Shown: in pieces, positions 55,427 through 64,000 of the stretch | How positions within the stretch are numbered: the stretch's first letter is position 1 | How the letters are laid out: each line of letters begins with the position of its first letter | From: Candidatus Parcubacteria bacterium | GTDB taxonomy: Bacteria > Patescibacteriota > Minisyncoccia > Phycocordibacterales > JAKFXT01 | Assembly: GCA_021414235.1 (NCBI GenBank) | Contig: JAIOOV010000004.1 | Span: 342,157 to 406,156, forward strand | Direction: 5' to 3' | DNA length: 64,000 nt | The notes under the pieces: generated by a model | The model's database searches: none | The model's input: the letters and a program-made list of their open reading frames with translations, nothing else | Told to the model about the DNA's origin: nothing | Made by a program: the position numbers and the translations under genes

Positions 55427-55987
55427 CTATTTTGTTTCCGTAATATATACCTTCACCTGTGCCGGCCTCAAGACCTTGCCGTTAAGCGTGTAGCCTCGCT
55501 GCAGGACTTGGGCGACGGTGTGATCCCCTTCTCCGTTCTCTGCAGGAACTTCAGCTACCGCTGCATGCTCTCGAGGGTCGAAAGGCTTGCCTTTAGGATC
55601 AAGCGCCTTGAGGCCGTGTGACTCGAGGATCCCAAGGAGCTGGGAGCGCACGTACTCCATGCCCTTGCGCCACTCCGGAGGAAGCGCTTCCCAGGAGGCG
55701 GAGTTCGCCGTCGCCATATCGAAGCTATCAAGCACCGGGATCAGTTCCTCGAGGAGATTCTCCTCGGCGAACTTGATGAAGCGCTCCTTCTCTTCCTTCT
55801 CGAGCTTCTTGCTGTTGGCGAATTCCGCCTTGATGCGCTGCCAGCCGTCGAGATATTCCTGCTTCTCAGCAACGCAGGTGGCGAGCTTCTCGCGAAGCTT
55901 CTTCATCTGCTCAGCTGGGGAGGTAAGCTCCGAGTCTTCCTCGAAGGTCACATCGTCTTTCTCTTTTTCAAATTCTGTGTCTGCCAT
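55427..55987 (-). CDS. grpE: Nucleotide exchange factor GrpE
   Basis: AEFANSKK, FDPREH, QRGYTLNGKVLRPAQV. Confidence 0.95.
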   Translation of the reverse strand: MADTEFEKEKDDVTFEEDSELTSPAEQMKKLREKLATCVAEKQEYLDGWQRIKAEFANSKKLEKEEKERFIKFAEENLLEELIPVLDSFDMATANSASWEALPPEWRKGMEYVRSQLLGILESHGLKALDPKGKPFDPREHAAVAEVPAENGEGDHTVAQVLQRGYTLNGKVLRPAQVKVYITETK

Positions 55988-56058
55988 AGGGGATAAGCTC
56001 ACTATACATCAGATAGCGCGGAGCGGAAGAAAATCGGAGAGACAGAGGAGAGGAGAAA

Positions 56059-56463
56059 CTAGCGCTTCGCCCACTGAGCGGCTTTACGAGCCTTCTTGAG
56101 ACCGAACTTGCGGCGCTCCTTCATGCGCGGATCACGCTTGAGATAACCCTGCTTCTTGAGCGGGCTGCGGAGATCACGATCCCCTTCTACGAGTGCGCGG
56201 CTGATGGCGTGGCGGACTGCCACTGCCTGGGAGGAGACACCACCACCCATGACGCGAACGGTCACCTTGAACTTGGAGGTCGTTTCGGTGAGGTTAAGCG
56301 CAGAGAGTACGGTAGCTCTGAGGTCTTCGGTCTTGAAATATTCCTCGAGCGGCTGGTCGTTCACAGTGAAGGACTGCTTGCCGGATTCTTCGAGGCGCGC
56401 GCGAGCGACAGACGTCTTACGGCGTCCGACAGTCTCGATATATGCCTGTTTGGTCTTATCCAT
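56059..56463 (-). CDS. rpsI: 30S ribosomal protein S9
   Basis: GRRKTSVAR, RDPRMKERRKFGLKKARKAAQWAKR. Confidence 0.97.
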   Translation of the reverse strand: MDKTKQAYIETVGRRKTSVARARLEESGKQSFTVNDQPLEEYFKTEDLRATVLSALNLTETTSKFKVTVRVMGGGVSSQAVAVRHAISRALVEGDRDLRSPLKKQGYLKRDPRMKERRKFGLKKARKAAQWAKR

Positions 56464-56468
56464 AAATA

Positions 56469-56822
56469 TTATTCAGTGACGATGAGATTCTTGAACATGC
56501 GGGAGCGGAGCTTGTTCTTGGGAAGCATGCCCCAGACTGCGTGGCGGATGAGCTCGCCGTAGCCCTTCTTCTCCATGACGGCTTTGCCGGTCTGCACGGT
56601 GCGGCCTCCTGGGTAACCAGAGTAGCGCTGGTGGCTGACCTCCATGAGGCGGCGCTCGTCGATAGAGAGCTTAGCAGCATTCTCCACCTTCACCTTCACG
56701 AGCGCGGTCGCGTTCCTGACGAAATCAGGGGTGCCCTTGCCGATGAGGAGCTTAGCCGCCTCGCTTGCGAGTCGTCCGAGCTTCTTCCCTTCCGCATTAA
56801 GTGTGTATTCCTTGGAGGTCAT
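56469..56822 (-). CDS. rplM: 50S ribosomal protein L13 (short)
   Basis: LGRLASEAA, SGYPGG, AVWGMLPKNKL. Confidence 0.93.
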   Translation of the reverse strand: MTSKEYTLNAEGKKLGRLASEAAKLLIGKGTPDFVRNATALVKVKVENAAKLSIDERRLMEVSHQRYSGYPGGRTVQTGKAVMEKKGYGELIRHAVWGMLPKNKLRSRMFKNLIVTE

Positions 56823-56831
56823 ATAGGTATC

Positions 56832-57185
56832 TTAGACGAAGGATATCTGGGCCATCTTGCTCGAGTCCGAGAGGCGGCGCGGGAGCTTGGTGATGCGGGT
56901 GTAGCCGCCCTGGCGATCCATGTAGCGAGGCGCGATCTCCTTGAGGAGCATCTTAGCCTCGGCCTCGCCGCCGATGCGGGAGATGAGGAGGCGCTCCACG
57001 GCGAGTCCGCCCTTCTTGCTGTGAGTCACCATCCGCTCGATGAACGGGCGGAGTTCCTTGGCCTTGGCCTCGGTCGTCTTGATCTTGCCATGAAGCACGA
57101 GAGAACGCGAAAGGCTCTTCAAGAGGGCCTGCCTCTCAGAGCTGCTCTTCCGTCCTAGCCCGCGTCCTTTCTTGTGGTGCTTCAT
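56832..57185 (-). CDS. rplQ: 50S ribosomal protein L17
   Basis: IKTTEAKAKELR, GGYTRITK. Confidence 0.97.
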   Translation of the reverse strand: MKHHKKGRGLGRKSSSERQALLKSLSRSLVLHGKIKTTEAKAKELRPFIERMVTHSKKGGLAVERLLISRIGGEAEAKMLLKEIAPRYMDRQGGYTRITKLPRRLSDSSKMAQISFV

Positions 57186-57203
57186 AAAGGATTACTTACA
57201 GGA

Positions 57204-58166
57204 TTATTTGAGGGTGATGCCGTAGTTAGAGAGCATGCGCTTGATCTCCTGGATGCCCTTGGAGCCCAATCCATCGATATCGAGGATGTCCTCTTCCTTC
57301 TTGCGGACGAGGCCACCCACGGTGCGGATGTTGGCTTCGGTGAGGGCATTCACGGTGCGCTGGGAGAGGTCGAGAGTGTCGATGCGGGTCTTGAGGATCT
57401 CTGCGTCGATCTCCGGGCGTACGCGCTCCTCCTTGGAAGACTCGGTCTCAGTCTCTGGGCGGAGCTCCTCTTCCTCTTTGAAGCCGACGATGGCACGGAG
57501 CTGGTTGATCATGATCTCGATGGACTGCTCGAGGGCCTGGTGCGGAGTGACGGTGCCGTCGGTCTCGATGAAGACCTTGAGGCGGTTGAAGTCAGTACGA
57601 TCACCGACGCGCATGTTCTCCACCTCGTAGTTCACGCGGCGGATAGGAGTGAAGATCGCGTCGAGAGTGATGGTGCCGATGTCCACCTTCTCCTTCTGGA
57701 GGACTTCCTTAGCGACGAAGCCCAAGCCGCGCTCGACTTTGAGTTCCATGTTGAGTTCGGTGCCCTTCTCGGTGGTGTGCGCGATGACGAGCTCAGGATT
57801 GAGCACTTCTACCTGACCAGGGACAGTGAGATCGCCTGCAGTGACTTCCTTAGCACCCTTGATGGAGAGAGAAAGCGTCTGGGGCTCATCCGTGAGCATC
57901 TTGATGCGGATGCGCTTGAGGTTGATGAGGAGAGTGACCACGTCCTCCTTTACGCCAGGGATGGTGGAGAACTCGTGGCTGACGCCTTCGATCTTGACCT
58001 CTGTGATGGCAGCACCCGGGAGGGAGGAAAGGATGATGCGGCGGAGGGAGTTACCCAAAGTGTGGCCGTAGCCAGGGTAAAGGCCGTCGATCTCGTACGA
58101 GCCGCTCCACTCTTGTTCCGAAACGATCCTGGGCTTCGACGGAAGCACGATGTTGTGGGCTGTCAT
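57204..58166 (-). CDS. rpoA: RNA polymerase alpha subunit
   Basis: GYGHTLGNSLRRIILSSLPG, HEFSTIPGVKEDV, alpha-CTD. Confidence 0.98.
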   Translation of the reverse strand: MTAHNIVLPSKPRIVSEQEWSGSYEIDGLYPGYGHTLGNSLRRIILSSLPGAAITEVKIEGVSHEFSTIPGVKEDVVTLLINLKRIRIKMLTDEPQTLSLSIKGAKEVTAGDLTVPGQVEVLNPELVIAHTTEKGTELNMELKVERGLGFVAKEVLQKEKVDIGTITLDAIFTPIRRVNYEVENMRVGDRTDFNRLKVFIETDGTVTPHQALEQSIEIMINQLRAIVGFKEEEELRPETETESSKEERVRPEIDAEILKTRIDTLDLSQRTVNALTEANIRTVGGLVRKKEEDILDIDGLGSKGIQEIKRMLSNYGITLK

Positions 58167-58231
58167 GATGAGTTTCTTAAAAATGAGTAATCTTTATACG
58201 ATAAAAATATACTTTTCGCAATATCCCACGT

Positions 58232-58846
58232 TTAGCGGGTGTAGAACTCAAGCACCTGCGGCAGGTCGAACGGCTGCACCGCTGCGTCCATGCGCGGGGC
58301 TCCGGCCACCTTACCCTCGCCCTTCTCCGGGTCGAAGGAGAGCCAGGAAGGATTCTTCATGTCCTTGAGGCGTCCGACGAGGTCGGTGAAGAGGGCGCTG
58401 TTCTTGCTGCCCTCGCGAATAGCGAAGACGTCGCCCTGAGACATCTGATAGGAAGGAATGGTTACCTTGCGGCCGCCGATGACGATGTGGCCATGAGAGA
58501 CCATCTGGCGGGCGCTACGGCGGCTCGAGGTGAGGCCGAGGCGGTAGACCACGTTGTCGAGGCGACGCTCGAGGAGCGCGAAGAGGGCAGCAGCCTGGTT
58601 CTCTCCCCCATGGCTCACTGCTGCGCGGATGTAATTGCGGAACTGGCGCTCAGTGATGCCGTAGGTCATGCGCACCTTCTGCTTCTCCAAGAACTGCTTG
58701 GCGTAGTCGGACTTGGCTCCGCCACGGCGCTTGCCGCGCTTCATCTCCGTACGTGCGAGCGAGAGCTGGAACTTCTGCGTCTGGGTCTTATCGAAGACCT
58801 GTGCGCCGAGGCGTTTCGCTATTTTGTATCTAGGGCCGATTTTCAT
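58232..58846 (-). CDS. rpsD: 30S ribosomal protein S4
   Basis: EKQKVRMTYG, LERRLDNVVYRLG, ARQMVSHGHI. Confidence 0.97.
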   Translation of the reverse strand: MKIGPRYKIAKRLGAQVFDKTQTQKFQLSLARTEMKRGKRRGGAKSDYAKQFLEKQKVRMTYGITERQFRNYIRAAVSHGGENQAAALFALLERRLDNVVYRLGLTSSRRSARQMVSHGHIVIGGRKVTIPSYQMSQGDVFAIREGSKNSALFTDLVGRLKDMKNPSWLSFDPEKGEGKVAGAPRMDAAVQPFDLPQVLEFYTR

Positions 58847-58855
58847 ATGGAATAT

Positions 58856-59290
58856 TTAGACGCGACGAGGCTTAGGAGGCTTGGGACCATTGTGCGGCAC
58901 CGGGGTCGCATCCCTGATGGAGGCGACAGCGACTCCTTTAGAGGAAAAGCCGCGGATGGCAGACTCGCGGCCTGCGCCGACGCCCTTCACGACTACATCT
59001 ACTTCGCGCACGCCCATGGCGTTAGCTTTCTCCCCGAGAAGCTCGCCTACCTTAGCGGCTGCGAACGGTGTGCCCTTCTTGGCGCCAGCAAAGCCGAGTG
59101 CGCCAGAAGAGGAAGCCATGAGGGCGTTGCCTTCGCGGTCGGTGAGGAGCACCTGCGTGTTGTTGTACGTGGCCTGGACGAAGAGGATGCCAGCATCCAC
59201 CTTCTTGCGGGCGGCTTTCTGGAGAGACTTGCTGCGCAAGCCCTGATCCACTTCCCCGCCGCTCTTTTTAACTACTCGTTTCTTACCCAT
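58856..59290 (-). CDS. rpsK: 30S ribosomal protein S11
   Basis: ATYNNT, KKGTPFAA, TPVPHNG. Confidence 0.97.
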   Translation of the reverse strand: MGKKRVVKKSGGEVDQGLRSKSLQKAARKKVDAGILFVQATYNNTQVLLTDREGNALMASSSGALGFAGAKKGTPFAAAKVGELLGEKANAMGVREVDVVVKGVGAGRESAIRGFSSKGVAVASIRDATPVPHNGPKPPKPRRV

Positions 59291-59307
59291 ATAAATATTG
59301 AATCGGT

Positions 59308-59688
59308 TTAGGTCTTCTCTACCTTACGGCGACCCGAGCCCATGGTCTTGCGGACGTTGCCACGGAGCGTGCGGGAGTTGGTCTTGGTGCGCTGTCCGCG
59401 GGCCGGGAGCCTGCGAGCGTGGCGGTTGCCGCGGTAGGACTTGATATCTTTGAGGCGCTTGATGTTGGCGCCGACGATGCGCTTGAGGTCTCCTTCGATC
59501 TTGAAGCCTTCGACGATGGCGCGGATGCGGTTCTCCTGCTCCGGAGTGAGCTCCTTACCCTTCACGCTCGGCTCCACCTTGGCCTCCTTGAGGATGGTGA
59601 GGGCGCGCGGGCGTCCGATGCCGAAGAGGACCGTGAGGCCGATCTCGATACGCTTCTCTTCAGGAATATTGATACCGCTGATACGCAT
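59308..59688 (-). CDS. rpsM: 30S ribosomal protein S13
   Basis: RISGINIP, YRGNRH, RGQRTKTNSRT. Confidence 0.97.
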   Translation of the reverse strand: MRISGINIPEEKRIEIGLTVLFGIGRPRALTILKEAKVEPSVKGKELTPEQENRIRAIVEGFKIEGDLKRIVGANIKRLKDIKSYRGNRHARRLPARGQRTKTNSRTLRGNVRKTMGSGRRKVEKT

Positions 59689-59690
59689 GA

Positions 59691-59804
59691 TTATTTCTGG
59701 CGCTGTTTATGCTTAGGGTTGCTGCAGATAACATGCATGCGCCCCTTACGACGGAGCGCTTTGCAGTTGGCACAGATTGTCTTGATGGATGCGCGGACTT
59801 TCAT
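59691..59804 (-). CDS. rpmJ: 50S ribosomal protein L36, Zn-binding form (not in the ORF track)
   Basis: [37 protein letters not shown], read directly from the sequence. Confidence 0.95.
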   Translation of the reverse strand: MKVRASIKTICANCKALRRKGRMHVICSNPKHKQRQK

Positions 59805-59807
59805 GGT

Positions 59808-60020
59808 TTACATTCTGCGGACGATTCTTCCTTTCCCGCCGTACGGCTCGAGTTCTACCTCGACCGTGTCTCCGACGAGCACTCGGATGCGGTGGAACCG
59901 CATCTTCCCGGCAAGGTACGTCAAGAGCTCCTTGTCAGTCTCTTTGAGAACGACCCGGAAAAGGGTGTTCGGCAGAGCCTCAACCACGGTGCCTAAATGA
60001 CGTATATTTGAAGTTTCCAT
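59808..60020 (-). CDS. infA: Translation initiation factor IF-1
   Basis: [29 protein letters not shown]. Confidence 0.96.
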   Translation of the reverse strand: METSNIRHLGTVVEALPNTLFRVVLKETDKELLTYLAGKMRFHRIRVLVGDTVEVELEPYGGKGRIVRRM

Positions 60021-60105
60021 CAGCGGACAGAATGAAGAGTAGCCTATCAGATAGGGCTACAAGCGTCAACGGGAGCCCTGGGGACTCCTGTTGACCTTGG
60101 GGCTG

Positions 60106-61500
60106 TTATTTCTCCTTAAGGACTATCTGGATCTGAGAAGCCTTCTCCGGGAGGGCACTCTTCCAGAATGGCTGTACTACCACCGAGCTCCTATCCATTG
60201 GGTAGGCCTGGAGTACAGAGGTTACCTCTTTCTTAGGTACTCCGGCAAGGGATTCCTTGAGCTTTTCCGTATCTATGGCCCAGGTAAGGGTCGTTTCGCC
60301 CTTCAGGCTGAAGGTGATGCTGTCCGATTCCCACGGCTTACCCCCACTCTGAGGCTTGAAAGCCAGGGCCCGAAGGCTCTCTCCGCCGGTCAGTTCTTCT
60401 CCGTGGTAGTCGCCGGAAGCTAACTTGCGGTAGGCCAGGAACTGGGAGAGCTTGCCTTCCGCAAAGATGATGCCGTAGAGGGTGACACGCTGCTTGACCT
60501 CGCTTGCCTCTGGATTGGAGAGTGTCTCGGTCTCGGTGTAGATCGCATCCTTGTAGAGCACGTAGCCCTCAGGCTTCTGCTCATTGGCCTGCCGCATGAG
60601 GCTTTCGGTGAGTTCCGTGGTCAGGGCAGCCTTAGCCTGCTCGATATCGGAGGCGGAAGCGGTCTTTACGGTGCCGCTGAATCCGCCGGTCATGGCCGTC
60701 TTGCCACGGGCATAGAATTTGCTGTAGCGCGGATCTCCCTTGAAGCCAGGTATGGTGAAATCAGTAAGCCCGATGTTGTAGCTCTCCCCTGCCTGGTCGG
60801 CGATGACCTCTGCTTCTATGGTGCCCGGTGTGGTTCCCTTCTTGCCGGGGATGGTGATGGGAGAGGCGATGCGGTAGACCTTGCCGTCTGCGGTTTCAAA
60901 ACGGGTGGTGGCAACCAGGCGCTGTGTCGCCGAGCTGTAGTCGTTGTAGATGATGATGGTGCCGCGTGCCTTCTCGCTTATGGTCTTAGTGCCTGTCTCA
61001 GGGACGGTCTTCGAAGACTCCTCGGAGAGCTTCATTAGTTCGAACTGGAGCCCTTCAGGACCTGCTTCCTTCTCCGCCGTAATCATCTCATCTACAGAGA
61101 CGATGGAGACCTTGGGCACGATGCTGACGGTAGCTTTCGGCAGGAAGAACTTACCCGCGAAAAGAAGAACGCCTGCGAGCGCCAATCCGCCTATTACCAA
61201 TGCGATCTTCCCGAAATGAACGTGGGGTGGCCAGAATCTTCCCATAAATGAATCGTTAAGAGGTTGTCCCTTGCTACCGTACGCAAACACCTTCGGCCGG
61301 GGCGGAGGTGGGGGCGGAGGAGTTTCCCTTCTCGAGGGTGGAGCAACATCGCTACGCATCTCCCGAGTCTCTTTCGGCGCAGCGTGGTGATGAGTTTCAG
61401 GACGCACACTCTCGGATTTGGGGTGACGATGGTCGGGTATTGGAATATCGCGGATCGTCTTCTTGGGGGGTACTACGTCCTGAAAAGAATCCTTGGGCAT
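60106..61500 (-). CDS. Membrane-anchored protein with a baseplate J-like domain
   Basis: Pro-rich N-terminus, single TM, ARGTIIIYN...TRFET...V-ADQAGESYN...MTGG pattern. Confidence 0.6.
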   Translation of the reverse strand: MPKDSFQDVVPPKKTIRDIPIPDHRHPKSESVRPETHHHAAPKETREMRSDVAPPSRRETPPPPPPPRPKVFAYGSKGQPLNDSFMGRFWPPHVHFGKIALVIGGLALAGVLLFAGKFFLPKATVSIVPKVSIVSVDEMITAEKEAGPEGLQFELMKLSEESSKTVPETGTKTISEKARGTIIIYNDYSSATQRLVATTRFETADGKVYRIASPITIPGKKGTTPGTIEAEVIADQAGESYNIGLTDFTIPGFKGDPRYSKFYARGKTAMTGGFSGTVKTASASDIEQAKAALTTELTESLMRQANEQKPEGYVLYKDAIYTETETLSNPEASEVKQRVTLYGIIFAEGKLSQFLAYRKLASGDYHGEELTGGESLRALAFKPQSGGKPWESDSITFSLKGETTLTWAIDTEKLKESLAGVPKKEVTSVLQAYPMDRSSVVVQPFWKSALPEKASQIQIVLKEK

Positions 61501-61530
61501 ATCAAATAATATGGGCGAAATTAGATGAGC

Positions 61531-62694
61531 TCATGATACCACGGAGGCTTCTCGCAGAGTCTCCGAGCTTGTGGATAGGAGGAAGGGAGAACGCTGCGTG
61601 TGCGCGAAGAGTGCGGCGATAGCGAGCGTGGCGCTACCAAGATCCCCTGGGAGTGCGACACTGCGCGAGAGAGTGACTCCGGTAAGAGGGATCACCGGAA
61701 GCCCCCGACGGCCTCCCCGGTGATATGTGAAGCTCCCCCGGATGAGCGCTTCGAGCGGATGCAATATCTCGGGGGGAGCAAGGAGCACCACACTCTCCGG
61801 CCGCGGAGAGCGCTCTGTGATCATCTCGGAGGCCTTCTCGAAGAGTGAGACCCACTCCTTACCAGCGAGGCGAAGCAGATCCACAGAGAGCGCGGCGTGC
61901 CCTTTATGGGAGAGGCGGATCTTGTCGCGCATCACCTCTACGGTCGTATGCAAGCTGCGGCTGATCGCCGTGAAGAGATCCTGCGCCCCTATGGGAAAAG
62001 ATGCCGATTCGAGGAGCATCCCTTCTTCGAAATGAAGGAGCTCAGTGGCACGCCCGCTCATATGCACCGAGAGATGCGTCCCTTTGTCGAGTGCGGGCAT
62101 GGCGGTACGCAGACTCACCGAGAGCGCGAGGGAAAGCGGCTCTACGAGCACCGGCAGATGGAAAAAGCGCAGGATCTCGCTCTCGATGAGTCGGGCGGTT
62201 TCCCGCTCCAGAGCACTTTTCAATACAAAAAGCTCCAACGTACGTCCGAACAGTCCGTAGGGCTCCAGGGTGCGGTAGCCATTCACTACGGTGCCGATGA
62301 GATGCGAACCCTCGCTCTCCCCTCCTCCGCGCTTGAAATGCGCTTCGAGGAGCTTTTGCACGAGGGCAGGCGTCACTTTGAAATCTGAGGTCTCCTCGTA
62401 GCGGATGATCTCGGTGGATGCGCGATATGAAGGGGAACTGACCAGTACCACCGCCTCTTTGGGGAGCGGCAGGCCATGAGCATGGATGTCACGGGAGAGT
62501 GCTTCAAGCGCGGAACGCAGGCCCATGCGGAGCGGGCGTCTCTCTGTAGAGAGCGTACTCGCAGCCATAGCCGGGATGTGCACCTTGTCGCCGTGCGCGA
62601 GCGCAAGCGCTGCCTCCACGCTGCCTGAAGGAGCGTCTACGGTGAGGACGAGCTTAGGATGCGAATGAAAAGTTGAACGAGAGAACAGTCCCAT
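61531..62694 (-). CDS. Degenerate FtsA/PilM-like actin-fold protein
   Basis: VDAPSGSV (phosphate-1-like), VNGY...P.G, VHMSGRATE (phosphate-2-like), SFPIG. Confidence 0.55.
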   Translation of the reverse strand: MGLFSRSTFHSHPKLVLTVDAPSGSVEAALALAHGDKVHIPAMAASTLSTERRPLRMGLRSALEALSRDIHAHGLPLPKEAVVLVSSPSYRASTEIIRYEETSDFKVTPALVQKLLEAHFKRGGGESEGSHLIGTVVNGYRTLEPYGLFGRTLELFVLKSALERETARLIESEILRFFHLPVLVEPLSLALSVSLRTAMPALDKGTHLSVHMSGRATELLHFEEGMLLESASFPIGAQDLFTAISRSLHTTVEVMRDKIRLSHKGHAALSVDLLRLAGKEWVSLFEKASEMITERSPRPESVVLLAPPEILHPLEALIRGSFTYHRGGRRGLPVIPLTGVTLSRSVALPGDLGSATLAIAALFAHTQRSPFLLSTSSETLREASVVS

Positions 62695-62736
62695 CGCTAA
62701 AAGTATACCGCAGGCACCCTCTTCTCTAAAGGGAGA

Positions 62737-63780
62737 TTATCCAATACGCGAAGATTCGGAGTAGATAGAGAGGAGTGCGAAGAGGAAACTCACCGAGAGC
62801 GGGCCCAAGAAGATACCGATGGGGCCGAAGAGCGCGAGTGCGCCGAGCACAGAAAGAAGGACGAGAAGCGGATGGAGGCTCATTCCTCTACCTACGAGCT
62901 TGGGACCAAGGAGGTTGTCGATGAGACCGACAGCAAGAGAACCCCATAACAGAAGTCCGAGGGCTGGGAGGCTGCCCACCGCGAAGAAAAGATAGATGAT
63001 CGCGGGTATGAATATGAGCGCGGTGCCGATGCTCGGTACGAGTGCCGCAAGAGCGGTGAGCGCTCCCCAGAGGATGGCGCTGGGGACACCGAAGAGGGTG
63101 AAGCCAATAGCAGCAAGGGTTCCTTGAATGAGCGCTATGAGCAGATTCCCCCTCACCACCGAGTTCACTGCCAGTCCGAGGCGATTAAAGACCTCCTCGT
63201 CGTCCTTGTCGTTAAGCGGGGAGAGATCCACCAAGACACGCTTCAGCTTACGGCCGTCACGCAGGAAGTAATACAGAGAGAGCAGGAAGAGGAAGGTTGC
63301 GAGGAGAAGAGAGGCTACGCTAGAGAAAGCACTGCCCGCATGGCTGATGATCCAGGTAAGGCTCGTGCGCACGTAAGTGTCGATGTTGGCGGCAAGCTTT
63401 GCTGCGAGCCCCTCTGTGCCGGGAATGAAATTACCAACCGCGCTTTCAATGTGCGTCAGGATCTCCATGAGGTGAGTCTCCCCTGCGCCATACTCTATAG
63501 AGAGATACAGGTCGCGAGCCTCGTTCCCTACCAGAGTCACCAGGAGCGAGAGTGGGATGAGCACTACCACTAAGCTGAGAAGGACGGTAAGTACAGCAGC
63601 CAAGCTGGGCCAGTCCCCCAGGCGCACGCGGATCCGGCCATAGAGCGGGTAGAGCACTACGGAGAAGACTGCTGCCAGGATGAGCGGAGGAAGGAACGGC
63701 AGGAAGATGAGACCTACCAAGAAAAAGACTCCTAAAAGGAGGAGTATCAGGAAGTATGGACGTAGTTGTTCACGGTTCAT
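62737..63780 (-). CDS. AI-2E family transporter
   Basis: YYFLRDG, IDNLLGPKLVG, FGPIGIFLGP. Confidence 0.92.
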   Translation of the reverse strand: MNREQLRPYFLILLLLGVFFLVGLIFLPFLPPLILAAVFSVVLYPLYGRIRVRLGDWPSLAAVLTVLLSLVVVLIPLSLLVTLVGNEARDLYLSIEYGAGETHLMEILTHIESAVGNFIPGTEGLAAKLAANIDTYVRTSLTWIISHAGSAFSSVASLLLATFLFLLSLYYFLRDGRKLKRVLVDLSPLNDKDDEEVFNRLGLAVNSVVRGNLLIALIQGTLAAIGFTLFGVPSAILWGALTALAALVPSIGTALIFIPAIIYLFFAVGSLPALGLLLWGSLAVGLIDNLLGPKLVGRGMSLHPLLVLLSVLGALALFGPIGIFLGPLSVSFLFALLSIYSESSRIG

Positions 63781-63816
63781 GCTGGATAGTATAGCGCTAT
63801 TCTCCCGCTTCGCCCA

Positions 63817-63852
63817 AAACAGAAACGCTCCCCTTGGGGAGCGTTTCTGTTT
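63817..63852 (-). terminator. Intrinsic terminator
   Basis: AAACAGAAACGCTCCCC-TT-GGGGAGCGTTTCTGTTT. Confidence 0.75.
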
Positions 63853-63855
63853 GAG

Positions 63856-63996
63856 TTAGGCGTCTTTCTCGGTCGTGGTCTCAGGTTCCTGTACAGGAGC
63901 CATGGTCTCAGGAGAAGCGTCGCCCTCGGTTCCGTCAGTCTTCGGCTCTTCAGGAGTCTCGGTTTCGTCCAGTTTCTTCTTGTTATCGTCGTCCAT
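63856..63996 (-). CDS. Small acidic low-complexity protein, possibly 5'-partial
   Basis: MDDDNKKKLDETETPEEPK...TEKDA (46 aa) followed by a terminator. Confidence 0.5.
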   Translation of the reverse strand: MDDDNKKKLDETETPEEPKTDGTEGDASPETMAPVQEPETTTEKDA

Positions 63997-64000
63997 GATG

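Noticed and set aside
55990-56058. CIRCE element or hrcA upstream of grpE-dnaK-dnaJ
   Set aside because: No TTAGCACTC-N9-GAGTGCTAA and no hrcA ORF in the window.
60106-61500. Contractile injection system or tailocin locus
   Set aside because: No sheath, tube, spike or other baseplate genes nearby; the protein is membrane-anchored and flanked by housekeeping genes.

Overview
Mostly core chromosome of a small-genome bacterium, most consistent with a Patescibacteria (CPR, Parcubacteria-like) organism; this is inferred from gene style and order, not from a marker search. Genetic code 11 (TGA ends conserved genes). It carries cell-wall/division genes (mreBC-mreD-like-mrdA; mraZ-rsmH-ftsL-like-ftsI-murF; S11 peptidase-mraY-ftsW-murG), six aminoacyl-tRNA synthetases (including a class I LysRS and a short AspRS), dnaB-recR, scpAB, grpE-dnaK-dnaJ, the infA-to-rpsI ribosomal block and two tRNAs (Glu-CTC, Pro-GGG). 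About 14 orphan genes are inserted singly among these, most with their own promoter, Shine-Dalgarno and terminator, while many core genes look leaderless. Best leads: (1) a three-unit array at 38.1-39.7 kb in which one 18-bp palindrome plus a homologous promoter module precedes unrelated orphan ORFs, one with a Cys-His-Asp triad; (2) a membrane-anchored baseplate-J-like protein paired with a degenerate FtsA/actin-fold protein; (3) an ~180-nt structured ncRNA candidate before greA; (4) a mini-Fur/CooC-like/YibE-F metal module with visible operators. I saw no CRISPR array, integrase, transposase or rRNA.
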